Source of the DNA: an uncultured Chloroflexia bacterium
GTDB taxonomy: Bacteria; Chloroflexota; Limnocylindria; Limnocylindrales; CSP1-4
NCBI GenBank assembly: GCA_963712745.1
Contig: CAVQJC010000020.1
Coordinates: forward strand, 576,001 to 640,000
Length of the DNA: 64,000 nt
Reading direction: 5' to 3'
Below the pieces are notes generated by a model. The model had not been told where the DNA came from, did not search any database, and was given only the letters and a program-made list of their open reading frames with translations. A program made the translations under genes and the position numbers. Positions 29,214-38,478 of the stretch are shown piece by piece; the first letter of the stretch is position 1; every line of letters starts with the position of its first letter.

Positions 29214-30032
29214 TCACGCCTGGCGGCCAGTGAGCGCTGCACGAAGCTCGGGGACGATGCCGACCAGCATCACGAAGCTGCCCAGCCAAAGGATCGGCAG
29301 TGCCACCATCGAGGCCACCACGACCGTCCAGCGCCGGTCGGTGCGGGCACCCCACACGACGAGCGCCGCGGCCGCGATGAGGCGGATCCAGAGGGGAACC
29401 ATCACCGCGTTGCCGACCGGCGGTCGGCCGACGTTGTCGAGGATCAGGTCCACCCACTCGGCCCACAGTGACGGCATGAGGACCAGTGACGCGACGCACA
29501 GTACGGCCGTGGCCGCGAGGGCGATCCCCAGCTGCCGCCATTCTCCGCGGACCACGAACCAGAGCAGGCCGATGCCAGCGCTGGGCTTGGTCAGCAGCAC
29601 GAACGACCAGGTCCAGGGATGCCTGAAGCCGAGCACGATGGCGACCACCAGCAGGATGTGGATGTTGCCGCCGTAGAACTCGAGGGCGACGAAGGGAAAG
29701 GCGAGTGCCGCCAGGATCCAGTTCGGCGTCCAGCCGATCCAGATGACCGAGCCCACCAGCAGCATCAGCCACAGGAAGCTGAAGACCCACCAGTCCACGA
29801 GGCTGAAGGAGTCGAACACGAGCGCGACCGGTGGCGCGTAGTTGAAGGCCCCCAGATCCCCCACCGGGATGGAGTAGGCGTCCGGCAGGTTCACGTTCCA
29901 GTACGCGAACGCGTCGTGGTGGAAGTTCTGCATCTGGGGAGCCACCACCACGAAGAGGTAGACCATGAAGAGCAGCCCGGCCAGGATCAGCCCGTGTCCG
30001 ACCGGCCGTGCGAACCGACGGGCGGTCTTCAT
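29214..30032 (-). CDS. Glycosyltransferase family 87-like membrane protein (short form)
   Basis: DAFAYW, FNYAPP, EFYGGNIH and LTKP; close paralog of 28245..29162. Confidence 0.78.
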   Translation of the reverse strand: MKTARRFARPVGHGLILAGLLFMVYLFVVVAPQMQNFHHDAFAYWNVNLPDAYSIPVGDLGAFNYAPPVALVFDSFSLVDWWVFSFLWLMLLVGSVIWIGWTPNWILAALAFPFVALEFYGGNIHILLVVAIVLGFRHPWTWSFVLLTKPSAGIGLLWFVVRGEWRQLGIALAATAVLCVASLVLMPSLWAEWVDLILDNVGRPPVGNAVMVPLWIRLIAAAALVVWGARTDRRWTVVVASMVALPILWLGSFVMLVGIVPELRAALTGRQA

Positions 30033-30068
30033 ATGTGCGAAGGGACGACGCCGGAAGAGCCGCCGGGC

Positions 30069-31034
30069 TCAGTCCAGCTCGACCGGGACCCCTGTCTCAG
30101 CGGAGCGGTACAGCGCCTCGATGGTGCGCGCCTGGCCCATGGCATCGTCACGGCCCAGGCGGGGCGCCTTCAGGCCACGGATGGCGGCGGCCATGTCGTC
30201 GAGCTCGCACATGTAGGGGTTGGGCGCATCGACGTTCTGCTCCTGGCCATCGACGATGAGCACGCCGCGCAGCGAGTGCCACGGGTCAGGCAGGAAGATC
30301 GTGCCCGACCGGCCGGTCACCTCCAGCGACTCGCTGAAGCTGTCGAAACCGCTATGGAACGTGGCCACGAGGCCAGAGGGGAAGCGCAGGTAGCCTGTGA
30401 AACGGCGGTCCACGCCGTCGGCCGTGGTGACCCCCTGGCCGAACACGAGCTCGGGCTCCTCGCCCGCGATGAGGCGAGCGCCGGACACGCAGTAGCAGCC
30501 CACGTCCATGAGCGAGCCGCCCTCCAGGGCGGCGGAAACGCGGATGTCGGCATCGTCCTGCAGACGGTGGCTGAACGTGGAGCGCACGTGGATGAGCTCG
30601 CCGATCTGCCCGGCCAGCTCGACCAGCCTGGCCGCCTGGGGCGTGTGGCGCCACATGAACGCCTCCATGAGCACGACCCCGGCGGCATCGGCCGCGTCCC
30701 AGGCTTCGTCCACCTCCGCGGAGTGGCGCGTGTAGGGCTTCTCGCAGAGGACGTGCTTGCCGGCCGCGATGGCCTTCAGCGTCCAGGGGTGGTGAAGCGC
30801 GTTGGGCAGGGGGATGTAGACCGCGTCGATCTCTGGGTCGGCCAGCAACGCGTCGTAGCTGACGTGCACCTTGCCGATGCCGTTGGCGGCGGCGTAGGCC
30901 TCGCCGCTCTTGGCCGTCCGGCTGCCCACCGCCACGACCTCGGCCGCGTCGGTCAGGCGAGCGCCGCGCAGCAGCTTCTCGTTGATGCGGGATGTGCCCA
31001 TCAGACCCCAGCGGATCGGTTCGTTCGTGCTCAC
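30069..31034 (-). CDS. Gfo/Idh/MocA family oxidoreductase
   Basis: DAVYIPLPNALH, GKHVLCEKP and GGSLMDVGCY. Confidence 0.93.
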   Translation of the reverse strand: MSTNEPIRWGLMGTSRINEKLLRGARLTDAAEVVAVGSRTAKSGEAYAAANGIGKVHVSYDALLADPEIDAVYIPLPNALHHPWTLKAIAAGKHVLCEKPYTRHSAEVDEAWDAADAAGVVLMEAFMWRHTPQAARLVELAGQIGELIHVRSTFSHRLQDDADIRVSAALEGGSLMDVGCYCVSGARLIAGEEPELVFGQGVTTADGVDRRFTGYLRFPSGLVATFHSGFDSFSESLEVTGRSGTIFLPDPWHSLRGVLIVDGQEQNVDAPNPYMCELDDMAAAIRGLKAPRLGRDDAMGQARTIEALYRSAETGVPVELD

Positions 31035-31131
31035 TCGTTCCTCCCGATGCAGCGGTTCTCGTGGTCTCCAGACCGCACCGTACCTGACCGTACGAGTGCC
31101 CTACCATGCCCGACACCACCCGGAGGTACCT

Positions 31132-31336
31132 ATGCGCGTCGGACTCGTGCTGCCCATGGGCAGCCACGTCGGCGGGCCGCGGCCGTGGCGACATCGGCGG
31201 TGATCCGGGTGAGATCGCGGAGCGCTTGCAGTCCTTCGCGGAAGCGGGATACTCAGAGGCGATCGTTTGGCTCGGGCCCATGAACGAGCGCGGACTCGAC
31301 CGCTTGGCCCAGGCGGTCGCCATCATTCGTGCCTGA
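31132..31336 (+). pseudogene. Internally deleted LLM-class flavin-dependent oxidoreductase remnant
   Basis: GGAGG RBS and MRVGLVLP N-terminus joined out of frame to a GDPGEIAERLQSFAEAG C-terminus. Confidence 0.6.
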
Positions 31337-31360
31337 GAAGTGGACGGAGGGAGACACCTC

Positions 31361-32667
31361 ATGACCGACGAGCAGCCGGGCCAGCCCGGGGGGCCGGAGC
31401 AGGACGGAGAGTTGGAGCACGACGTCGTAGCAGAGGCTGCGACGTCGACCACGGATGGCGGTGGTGGCAGAAGCCGCAACCGGCGGGTGCTGGCGGCGGT
31501 CTTCTGGCTCCTGGCCAGCCTTTCCGTGCTCTTCGGGGGCATCACGCTGTGGGCACACCAGACGCTGCTGACCCCCGACGGATGGGGCGGCATCGTCGAG
31601 GATGTCGTCTCTGACGAGGAGGTCGTCGACGCGGTCAGCGTCGTCATCGTCGATCGGCTGGCGGGCTCACTCGGCGTACGCGAGGCCGTGGCCAACGCGC
31701 TCCCAGGGCCGGACTTCATCGCCGGAGCGCTCACGGCCACCGTGGAGAACCGCATCACCGACGTGGTCGCTGACTTCGCCTCGTCGGAGGCGTTCAGGGA
31801 CGCGGTCGTCAACGTGAACAAGGCCGGCCACGCTGCGGCCCTGAAGGTCATTCGTGGCGGCGAGAGCAAAGCGCTCACATCCGGCGAGGGCGTGCTCTCG
31901 CTCAACATCTTCCCGCTCATCGAGGGCGTGCTGGTCAGCCTCCAGGACGCAGGCATCATCGATGCCAGCCGTGACATCCCGGATCTCACGAACTACCAGC
32001 CATCAGCCCAGGCCATCTCGGTGCTCGAGACGCTGCTCGGGCGGGACATCCCCGACGGCGTCGGCTCCATCGTGCTCATCGACTCGGCGAACCTGGAGCT
32101 CGTCCAGACGGTCGTCCGCTGGTTCGACCTCATCACCATCGTGCTGCTGCTGGCGTGGGCCGGGTTCACCGCTCTCGCACTGTGGCTGTCCGATCGGCGC
32201 GTGCGCATGGTCCTGTGGCTGTCGGTCGGTGCCATCGCCGCCCTGCTCGCCGGCCGCTTCGTGACACGCCTCATCCTCGGCGCGGCCACCAAGCGGCAGC
32301 CGGAGCTGGAGACCAGGGTGGTGGTCGACGCCATCATCGATGCCGCGGTCGATTCGCTGATGCTGTTCACGTTCGTGCTCATCGTGATCGCAGCGATCGT
32401 GGCCGTCGCCAGCGTCCTCTGGGAGCGGCGTGGGCAGCAGGAGCGCCCGGCGGAGGAGACGCCGCCGCGCACGCTCGGCCAGTGGGTCAGGGCCAACATG
32501 GTGGCGCATCCTCGCGGTGGGCATCGGGGTCATCGCGCGTCGTCGCGCTCTGGAGCGTCGGCGGACCCGGGATCGCCATGCTCACCGCGGCCGCCCTGTT
32601 GCTGCTGGTCATCGCGGTCAAGGTCCTCGCCGACGAACCTGGGGATGAACCCGCGCCGGAGGGCTGA
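31361..32667 (+). CDS. Hypothetical integral membrane protein; two apparent frameshifts near 32508 and 32538
   Basis: TM, large loop and multiple TMs; the hydrophobic C-terminus continues across three frames. Confidence 0.7.
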
Positions 32668-32670
32668 CCG

Positions 32671-33384
32671 ATGTGCGGGCGCATGACCCAGACCACCGAC
32701 CCGGCTGAGGTCGCGCGCATCTTCGACGCCGAGAACGCGGTCGAGACCAAGAGCGACGATGCGGGGCCGCGCTACAACGTGGCCCCCACACAGCCGCTGA
32801 CGGTGGTGACCCAGCGGGCGGAGGCGGGACGGCTCGTGGAGCAGCAGCGCTGGGGCCTGGTGCCCTCGTTCGCCAAGTCGCTCAAGGACGGCGCCAAGCG
32901 CATCAACGCCCGTGCGGAGACGGTGGCCACTTCTCCCTCCTTCCGCTCGTCGTTCCGCAAGCGGCGCTGCATCGTGCCCAGCGATGGTTTCTACGAGTGG
33001 CGGCGCACCGGTGGGCCCAAGCAGCCCTACTTCCTCCATCCGCCGCAAGATGCCGTGCTGGCCATGGCCGGGGTGTGGTCGGTGTGGAAGGATCCCGAGA
33101 CGGGGCTGTGGGTACCCTCGGCCGCGGTCATCACCACCGCGGCCAACCGGCTCATGTCACAGATCCACGATCGCATGCCGGTGCTGCTGTCGCGCGAGAC
33201 CTGGGACGACTGGCTGGACCCCGACTTCGACGACACCGAGTACCTGCAGTCCCTCCTGGAGCCAGCGCCGGACGACGTCCTGGGCATGTACCCCATCTCC
33301 ACCCGCGTCAACAACGTGCGCAACGAGGGCCCGGAGTTGCTGGAACCGATCGAGGAGCCGACTCCCCTCCCCCTCGAGGACTGA
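32671..33384 (+). CDS. SOS response-associated peptidase (SRAP; YedK/HMCES family)
   Basis: N-terminal MCGR, plus YNVAPT, INARAET, GFYEW and IHDRMP. Confidence 0.95.
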   Translation: MCGRMTQTTDPAEVARIFDAENAVETKSDDAGPRYNVAPTQPLTVVTQRAEAGRLVEQQRWGLVPSFAKSLKDGAKRINARAETVATSPSFRSSFRKRRCIVPSDGFYEWRRTGGPKQPYFLHPPQDAVLAMAGVWSVWKDPETGLWVPSAAVITTAANRLMSQIHDRMPVLLSRETWDDWLDPDFDDTEYLQSLLEPAPDDVLGMYPISTRVNNVRNEGPELLEPIEEPTPLPLED

Positions 33385-33444
33385 ACTCATCGGGCTGTCG
33401 AGGCCATCCGGTTCGTCCGCGTACGAGCGAGATGCTCACTATCC

Positions 33445-33511
33445 TTGACATTTGCCCAGAAAAAGGCAAGTGGTAACTATAGTTGACACACGCGTCACTG
33501 GACCCTAATGT
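33445..33511 (+). promoter_or_regulatory. Sigma70-type promoter of hipBA with palindromic operator candidates
   Basis: TTGACA(33483)-N17-TAATGT(33506); palindrome AACTATAGTT at 33475-33484; TTGCC-N8-GGCAA at 33452-33469. Confidence 0.7.
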
Positions 33512-33540
33512 AAACGAGAGTTGGCATCAGGAGGACCAGC

Positions 33541-33792
33541 ATGGCGATCGAGGCATACGATCCCAAAGGCTTCGGCGCCGCGGTGCGCGCCGCACGGAAG
33601 GAGCGGGGCTGGTCGCAGTCCGAGCTCGCCTCCTGGCTGGGCGTGAGCCGGCCGACGGTCGCTGCGCTCGAGGCGGGTGGGCCGGTAGCCATGCCCACCG
33701 CCATGCGCGCGCTCGCGCTCCTTGGCCGGAAGGCAGTCATCGCTCCGAAGGGGTCCCAGGTGAACAGCGGGACAGGCGACGGCGATGCCTGA
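33541..33792 (+). CDS. hipB: XRE-family HTH antitoxin (HipB-like)
   Basis: VRAARKERGWSQSELA..GVSRPTVAALEAG; AGGAGG RBS; overlaps the hipA start. Confidence 0.82.
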   Translation: MAIEAYDPKGFGAAVRAARKERGWSQSELASWLGVSRPTVAALEAGGPVAMPTAMRALALLGRKAVIAPKGSQVNSGTGDGDA

Positions 33793-35017
33793 GCGTTTGG
33801 TGGTCTGGCTGGGAGACGCGGTCGCCGGGCACCTCGTCCGGCCGCACGACGATTCCGACCGATTCCACTTCGAACCGACCGCGGGTGGCCCCAGCATCAC
33901 GATGTCACCAGAGGGGCTGGCCCGGCCATGGGAGCGCACGTTCAGCCGACGCTGGTTCGACGGGCTACTGCCGGAGGGCGTACAGCGAGAGACGGCCGAG
34001 CAGCGCCATCGCGTCGACCCCGGGGACACCTTCACACTGCTGGCGGCCATCGGCTGGGAGTGTGCCGGTGCCATCGCGGTCATGCCCGAGGGACGCATGC
34101 CGGCTACAGGCCGCCACGAGCCGATGACCACAGCCGGGGTGGCCGCGCGAATCGACGCGGCACCGGGCATCGTGGACGACATCGACCTGTCCGTGCGACT
34201 GTCGCTCGGCGGTGCACAGGAGAAGCTGCTGTGGCGCCGGATCGACGCAGGTTGGGCGCTGCCACTCGATGGGGCGCTGAGCACGCACATCCTCAAGCCG
34301 GAGCCGGCGCGCTGGCCTGGGCTCGCGACGGCGGAGGCTTGGACGCTCGCCGCGGCGGCGATCGTGACGCCGGCCGCGATCGCTGAGATCCTCACGGGTG
34401 ACCACCGCCCGACGCTCGTCATCACCCGATACGACCGCGTGGAGACCGCCGACACGATCGAGCGCCTGCACCAGGAAGACCTCTGCCAACTGCTGGGCCT
34501 GTCGCCCAACGCCAAGTACGCAAACCCGGGTCCGAATCCGGGTGCCGGCGACCCCAGTCTCGAACGCCTGGCCAGCATCCTGCTAGCCCGCGCTGCGGAC
34601 CCGCCGCGTGAGCTCGTTCGGCTGCTCGAGCAGACCGTGGTGAACATGGCCCTCGGCAACGCCGATGCGCATGCCAAGAACCACTCGGTCATCCACCGCG
34701 ATGGGACCGCGACCCTGGCCCCGCTCTATGATGCCTCGCCGACGATGGCGTTCCTGCCCCAGCAGGACAAGGCCTCCATGCGTATCGGTGGCGCGGTCCG
34801 CATGGACCGGATTACTCGTGGCCACCTCGTGCGCGAGGCCCGGTCCTGGGGCATCCCGGAGGCGGTCGCCCGGCGAACCGTGGACGACACACTGGCGCAG
34901 CTGCGCGACGCCATGGCAGCTGCCGATGAGCTGTACCCAGAGCTGCGACCCGACGTCCGCGCGCATGTCCGCCGGCACTTCGAGCGGCTCGCGTCCTCCC
35001 CAACGTCGACTGGATGA
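33785..35017 (+). CDS. hipA: HipA-family kinase toxin
   Basis: LLPEG, SLGGAQEK, HILKP, RLHQEDLCQ, GNADAHAKN and LAPLYD. Confidence 0.93.
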   Translation: MPERLVVWLGDAVAGHLVRPHDDSDRFHFEPTAGGPSITMSPEGLARPWERTFSRRWFDGLLPEGVQRETAEQRHRVDPGDTFTLLAAIGWECAGAIAVMPEGRMPATGRHEPMTTAGVAARIDAAPGIVDDIDLSVRLSLGGAQEKLLWRRIDAGWALPLDGALSTHILKPEPARWPGLATAEAWTLAAAAIVTPAAIAEILTGDHRPTLVITRYDRVETADTIERLHQEDLCQLLGLSPNAKYANPGPNPGAGDPSLERLASILLARAADPPRELVRLLEQTVVNMALGNADAHAKNHSVIHRDGTATLAPLYDASPTMAFLPQQDKASMRIGGAVRMDRITRGHLVREARSWGIPEAVARRTVDDTLAQLRDAMAAADELYPELRPDVRAHVRRHFERLASSPTSTG

Positions 35018-35051
35018 CGCGGAACGGTCGCCGGGCGCCAACCGGTTTCGG

Positions 35052-36528
35052 TCAGAGCGCCAGGCCGACCTCGGCGATGCGAGAACGTAATGCGCTGACG
35101 GTATCGGCGTCGGATGCGACTGCCACCTCGACCAGCCAATCCGTCGCGCTCACGGGCGCAGGAGACGCCAACAGGTCAGCGACGATGGCGGTCATGGCTT
35201 CGGGGCCGATGGATTCGGCAGCTGTCTCGACGATGCCGCAGGTCACCGCAGACTGATAGCGAGAGCGGTTCCACGTCGCCTTCTCGTCGACGGGCCCGGC
35301 CACGATCCAGTCACCGAGATCGAGAGGATCGGCTTCCGGGGTGTCGGCTTGCGGAGAGTCGGTCTCGGGTGCGTCGGTCTCGGGTGCGTCGGTCTCGGGT
35401 GTGCCGGTCTCGGGAACGTCGATCTGCGGCGCGACGGGTTCCGGGCAGCTCGAGCCGATGGCCGCATGGCCGGTCCACATGGCCAGGCCCTCGGCCAGCC
35501 ACGGGTCGCGAACCGCGTCGGGCCCGAACCACGTCCGGGCCAGCGGAACGCTCACCACGCCCGCGTCGGTGGCGGCCTCGCTGACGCCGATGACCCCACC
35601 GACCGGGGCCAGGTCGGCACCGCCCCAGAGGCGACCCTGGGTGGAGACTTCGCGGATCGGTGAGTGGCGTGACCGGCAGGCTCGAGCGGAGCTGCTGCTC
35701 GAGCCAGGGTCGCGCCGTCTGCACCTCCGAGATCATGTGCCGAGCCCAGTCGGCGTCGGTCGGCCAGGCGGCGATGGTCACGAGGCTGCTCCCGTCGTCG
35801 CTGGTGAGGTAGGTGGACTCGTACCGGTCGAGCGCGATGGCCTCGGTGCAGACGAAGAACTCCGCGGGGTTGGCCTTGTTGCCGGGAGATGAGAGGACGA
35901 CGCCGTCGGGGGTCCGGTCGGCCCGCGGCTGCCCGTAGTGATGGGCGATGGGCTCGAAACCGGGAGGCAGGATGGCTTTCACGACTCCGCCGTCGGCGTC
36001 TTCCCCGTACCAGCAGAGGTGGATGTAGGCGTCTTCGATGCGGGTCGGCTTCACTACCCCGGCTTCGACGGACGGGAGGTCGTAGTCGATCGTCACCTTC
36101 TGCTTCTGCTTGTACCAGATCCGGGGGAACCGGACGGTGTACCGCGAGCCGCTGCCGGAGAGGTCGGTGAACTCGCTCGTGACGGCCTTTCCTCCGAAGG
36201 TCAGGTCGACCGCGTCGTTCGAGACCCAGATCGTGCCCCAGTGGTCGAAGTAGTAGCGGGTCCTCTCCTTGCAGGTTCCGCGCTTGCCCTTCTTGCAGGG
36301 AACGCGATGCCAGGACCCAGGCTTGTGCTTGTTCTGGAGCACAGCGGTGGTCGAGACACGCGCGACGCGCTCCTGCACGAGCGGTCGCCACGTCGTCGTG
36401 GCGCGCTCGTCGAGCTTGTCCCCATCGTCGGCCAGCGTGGTCGCAGGTAGCGCGATCATGAGTGTGACGGCAGCCACCAGAACGGCGATGCCGGCGCGGT
36501 AGGTACGTTGACGAGGCTGATGGTTCAC
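35052..36528 (-). CDS. Secreted protein with a degenerate gluzincin-like C-terminal region; apparent frameshift near 35658
   Basis: Signal peptide after GTG 36528; frames join as PLT-IREVST...VPLARTWFG...WLAEGLA; 15-bp ETDAP repeats at 35361-35414. Confidence 0.6.
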
Positions 36529-36625
36529 TTCTTCCCCCTGGTGCAAACTGACACTAGGCAGCACCAACGACCCTCGACCACTCACCGATAGTTCCGCCGT
36601 GCCCTGACCGATACGTCCGCGACCA

Positions 36626-36946
36626 CACCGGCCGAACGCGGCGTTCCCCGTCGACCCGCACACCTTGCTGCCGTTCGTGCACTGGCTGCCTCGGCGGCTG
36701 CGGCACCCGATCCTGAGTCGGAAAGGCGATGGCCAGTGGGCCACTGAGGAGAACCTGAACACCCCTGACGACTCGAGGTTCCGGTCGCTCTTCCCGGCGG
36801 ACGTCGACGTTCGAATCGTCCTGCAGCCCCTGATCGGCTTGACGTCGTTGCTGATCGCTGTGGATACGCGATCGCCGGTTCCGCCCGACGACGCTCACTT
36901 TGCGAGTGGGGTCGGCCCTCGCTCCACCGATGGACCAGAGGCCTAG
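36626..36946 (+). pseudogene. 3' remnant of a class I SAM-dependent methyltransferase-like gene
   Basis: RPNAAFPVDPHTLLPFVHWLP resembles the TPNRxFPxExHxxLPFxHWLP segment; no N-terminal SAM motif or start found. Confidence 0.5.
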
Positions 36947-38478
36947 CTTGAACCAGCCGGCTCGCCGAACTTGACCAGCACGGCACCGTTCGTGTAGACC
37001 ACTGATCCCTCGACCGGCCACGAGCTCATGGTCGTGCTCAGCTCGCCGAGTGGATCGAGCGACTGCGCCAGGACGCTCTGGATGGGGTAGCCGAGCGACT
37101 GCATCAGGTAACCCGCACGCATGCCCGAGCTGGTGTTGAACAGAGACTCCCCGAATGTCTCCTGGCTCGTGATCACGCCGATGCCTGGGACCTCTCGATC
37201 GCCGATGATCGCCATCCGGACGGGCTCCCCACCCCAGCCTTGATCACGCAGTCGAACGATGATCTGGCTTGCGATCTCCTCGTCCTGCCGAAATACGTAC
37301 TCGTCGACCTGGTAGAGCCTCGAGACGGACACGGCGGACCAGAGCACGAAGCCGATCGCGACCGCCGCCATGGCGACTGATCTGACTCGTGTGGGCGGCA
37401 GGAGGAGGTCGAAAAGCAACCAGGCACTGGCGGCCACCAGCGGAACGACCAGCATCGCCCTAGCGACGAGCGGCTGTCCGATCGCGATGGCGATGGCGAA
37501 TTGCGTCCCAGCGATGATCAAGGCAAGCAGGGCCGGGTACCAGTCCCGTGAGGCCATGCCACGTCGCAACAGGACATCGAGCACGAACAGACTCGCCGCG
37601 ACCGAGGGCAGGATGACCCAGCCCCCGTGGAACGACAGACCCACGACATACGCCACCACCATCGCTGCGAGGGCAAAGAGATTGCGAGCCGGATCGTCCA
37701 GTCTCCACGCGAAGTAGTCGGCCACGTAGCTGTCATGGTCTACGCCAACCACCGCGACGAACGCGACCACGCCCAAGGCTGCGATAGCTGGTGCGACAAG
37801 CCGGATGCTATCGGACAGCCGATGCTGGGGAGTCCCGCTCCGCGCCTCCTGATGAAGCAGGCTTATGAGCTGTGCGATGAGGACGCCCGCCATCGGGAGC
37901 AGGACCTGACTCTGGTAGACGAGGCCTCCGAACAGAGCCAGCCCGAAGGCCGCGACCGCCATCCAGCGCGGCCCGCCCTCCATCACCCACCTCCACGCCA
38001 GGACGCTGCTCAGCGCTGCACAGAGGAAGCCCAGGCCAGTGGCGGCGCTCTGGGCGGAGAACTGGAGCCAGTACGCCTGCAAGGGAAGGCACGTGAATGT
38101 GACCAAGAAGAGCAGCTGCGCAACGTTGCTGATCGACCTGCCACCCGCCGCCCGTGCGAAGAGGAACCCCCACACGGCTGCCGACAGGAACAGCAGGACG
38201 AGGGCGAGTGCGCGGTCAAAGAACGGAGTTGGCAAGGCATCTCCGAGCACCAGGTCGGTGAGCAGCAGCCCGTAGCGGCCGCGCGCGACCCACTCAGCCC
38301 CCTGGTCGGTGATCTGGTGAACGATGTTGTCCGTGGTGCTGGCACGGCTGGTCACCGCCAGGCCATAGGTCAGAGTCATGGCCAGTGCGGTCGATCCCAG
38401 CGGAACCACGTTCGTCCGAACGTAGTCGACGGCGTCGCCCACGATGTCGACCCTGCTCACGACCGGCCGCTGCGTCAT
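36943..38478 (-). CDS. GtrII-like integral membrane glucosyltransferase
   Basis: WVARGRYG and LVYQS motifs; about 11 TM segments and a soluble C-terminus ending MSSWPVEGSV. Confidence 0.7.
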   Translation of the reverse strand: MTQRPVVSRVDIVGDAVDYVRTNVVPLGSTALAMTLTYGLAVTSRASTTDNIVHQITDQGAEWVARGRYGLLLTDLVLGDALPTPFFDRALALVLLFLSAAVWGFLFARAAGGRSISNVAQLLFLVTFTCLPLQAYWLQFSAQSAATGLGFLCAALSSVLAWRWVMEGGPRWMAVAAFGLALFGGLVYQSQVLLPMAGVLIAQLISLLHQEARSGTPQHRLSDSIRLVAPAIAALGVVAFVAVVGVDHDSYVADYFAWRLDDPARNLFALAAMVVAYVVGLSFHGGWVILPSVAASLFVLDVLLRRGMASRDWYPALLALIIAGTQFAIAIAIGQPLVARAMLVVPLVAASAWLLFDLLLPPTRVRSVAMAAVAIGFVLWSAVSVSRLYQVDEYVFRQDEEIASQIIVRLRDQGWGGEPVRMAIIGDREVPGIGVITSQETFGESLFNTSSGMRAGYLMQSLGYPIQSVLAQSLDPLGELSTTMSSWPVEGSVVYTNGAVLVKFGEPAGSS

